A DNA stretch of 63,527 nt, counting the filler, from Octopus bimaculoides (Eukaryota), in assembly GCF_001194135.2 (NCBI RefSeq). It is 7 parts of 7 records of this genome, joined end to end, with 100 filler letters (N's around TTAATTAATTAA, not from the genome) between each part and the next. Parts side by side here need not be neighbours in the genome. Positions count along the whole stretch, not along the records: positions 62,304 to 63,527 come from NW_026350080.1; 6 more parts are not named here. One strand, written 5' to 3'. The first letter of the stretch is position 1. The number at the start of each line of letters is the position of its first letter. Positions 62,304 to 63,527 of this stretch are shown piece after piece. The notes beneath the pieces are model-generated. The model was not told the origin of the DNA and ran no database searches. It saw only the letters and a list, made by a program, of their open reading frames with translations. The translations under genes and the position numbers were made by a program.

Positions 62304-62982
62304 ATTTTCAGCAAATAGAACAACCACTTACATTGTCTCACAAGTCCAGAGGAGAAGCAGTGGATATTCAGATCCAATGGCACAGCTATGCTACTGGATA
62401 ATCATATTCTAAATAATGTCTGGATTGAGTACAAGAAGGGCTTTGTTTCTACTCCCACGCAGCTATCTCACCAAAATGACAGAGGGACACACATTTCATG
62501 AGAGAATGGCAAACTACTTTAACGTAAAGTAATTGATTTACACGTTTCTTTCTACTTCCAATTACAAACATTTCTAGGCAGATATTTCTTACGATCTCTA
62601 ACAGCACAATGACTTCAGTATCAGATTAAACATTCCGCAGTGATAGTACATCTGGTCTTCACTGTAATCTACGTTATGTCTCCTTATTTTAGCCAAATGA
62701 AAAAAAAACAGAAAAAAATTTAAATGAATACATAGAGAACCATTTATGAACTATGGAACTCAGTTTGAGATACTCTTTGGCCAATGTTGTGTTCGATACG
62801 GACTTTACAATGTCATTTTAGTATTGAGAAACTACGAACCATGGTTCGTATTTTTCGCATTACAAATATTCAGGTTGCCAAGTTGCATATGACCTGGATC
62901 TTAATGGAAGCTGATAATACGAAAGCTGACCAGTTCTGCACTCTAAAGATATCATTAACAGAAACCACCAAACAAAGATATA

Positions 62983-63527
62983 CAGCGTTGGTCAAAATTA
63001 TGGAGTAGGTATATTAAATAGAGAATATGATTGAAACTCATTTAGTTGATAATTGAAAACAGTAAAATAAACATTCTATAGTCTATCCCATCAATAATTA
63101 GTATTTGACGTGTCCTCCGTTTGCTTCTGTAACCGCTTTTATGACTTTTTGCAACTTGAGACTATGTTGCACAAGTGACTGGGTCAATTTTCTGCTACGG
63201 TTCACGAATTTTGGCTTCTAATTCGCTTTGTGAAAAACATCTGTGCATCCTCACTCATGTACCTAAGAGTGATTATAAATGTTCAATGGGTTTGAGGTCT
63301 AGAGACTGAGTGGGACTATTACATCATCTTCACCCCTTTCTCCTCAAACCAGCCCATTGAGACTCTGTATGTGTGGCACGGAACATTGTCTTGTTGAAAG
63401 ATTACACTGTCTGAGATGTTATCATTGAACATTTTAGCTAAGGAAGGTTGATAAACTTGATCTCGTGTAAGTGTTGGAATTCATTCTGCCTTCATTAGTG
63501 AAGAACATTACTAGGCCTGAAGACGAC
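62983..63527 (-). mobile_element. Tc1 (DD34E-type) transposon 3' part, running off the window end
   Basis: IFQQDNVPCH and SLDLKPIEHL motifs with stops; terminus TA + cagcgttggtcaaaatt. Confidence 0.85.

Noticed and set aside
62304-62500. Coding-looking stretch LTSPEEKQWIFRSNGTAMLLDNH
   Set aside because: Preceded by a stop in that frame, unrecognised, and at the edge of a separate piece

Overview
AT-rich, gap-ridden eukaryotic DNA. The SINE families and microsatellite load fit an octopus/coleoid cephalopod (inference). Six identical 100-bp pads (44 N + TTAATTAATTAA + 44 N) split the window into seven independently assembled pieces, so adjacency across them is unreliable. One host gene can be built: a + strand CEP63/DEUP1-family coiled-coil gene with seven coding exons (29836-51441, 260 codons), whose 3' end is not found before the pad at 51923. 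The single 96-nt/32-aa exon recalled for vertebrate CEP63 appears here as four diverged tandem copies; three have homologous downstream intron sequence. An isolated terminal exon of a METTL27-like methyltransferase sits on a 2-kb piece between two pads. The rest is largely decayed transposable elements: mariner/Tc1, hAT and pogo MITEs, RTE, Tx1, HERO, R4/Dong, Penelope-like elements and tRNA SINEs. Best leads: (1) the exon quadruplication; (2) a tRNA-headed SINE carrying a Penelope-type minimal hammerhead ribozyme, inserted as a head-to-head dimer inside one 12-bp target duplication; (3) seven hammerhead-like motifs of four sequence families; (4) a 5'-inverted RTE LINE. All protein assignments are from recalled family motifs, not database searches. 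Most ORF-track entries are microsatellite or N-gap artefacts. TE boundaries are approximate unless terminal repeats are quoted.
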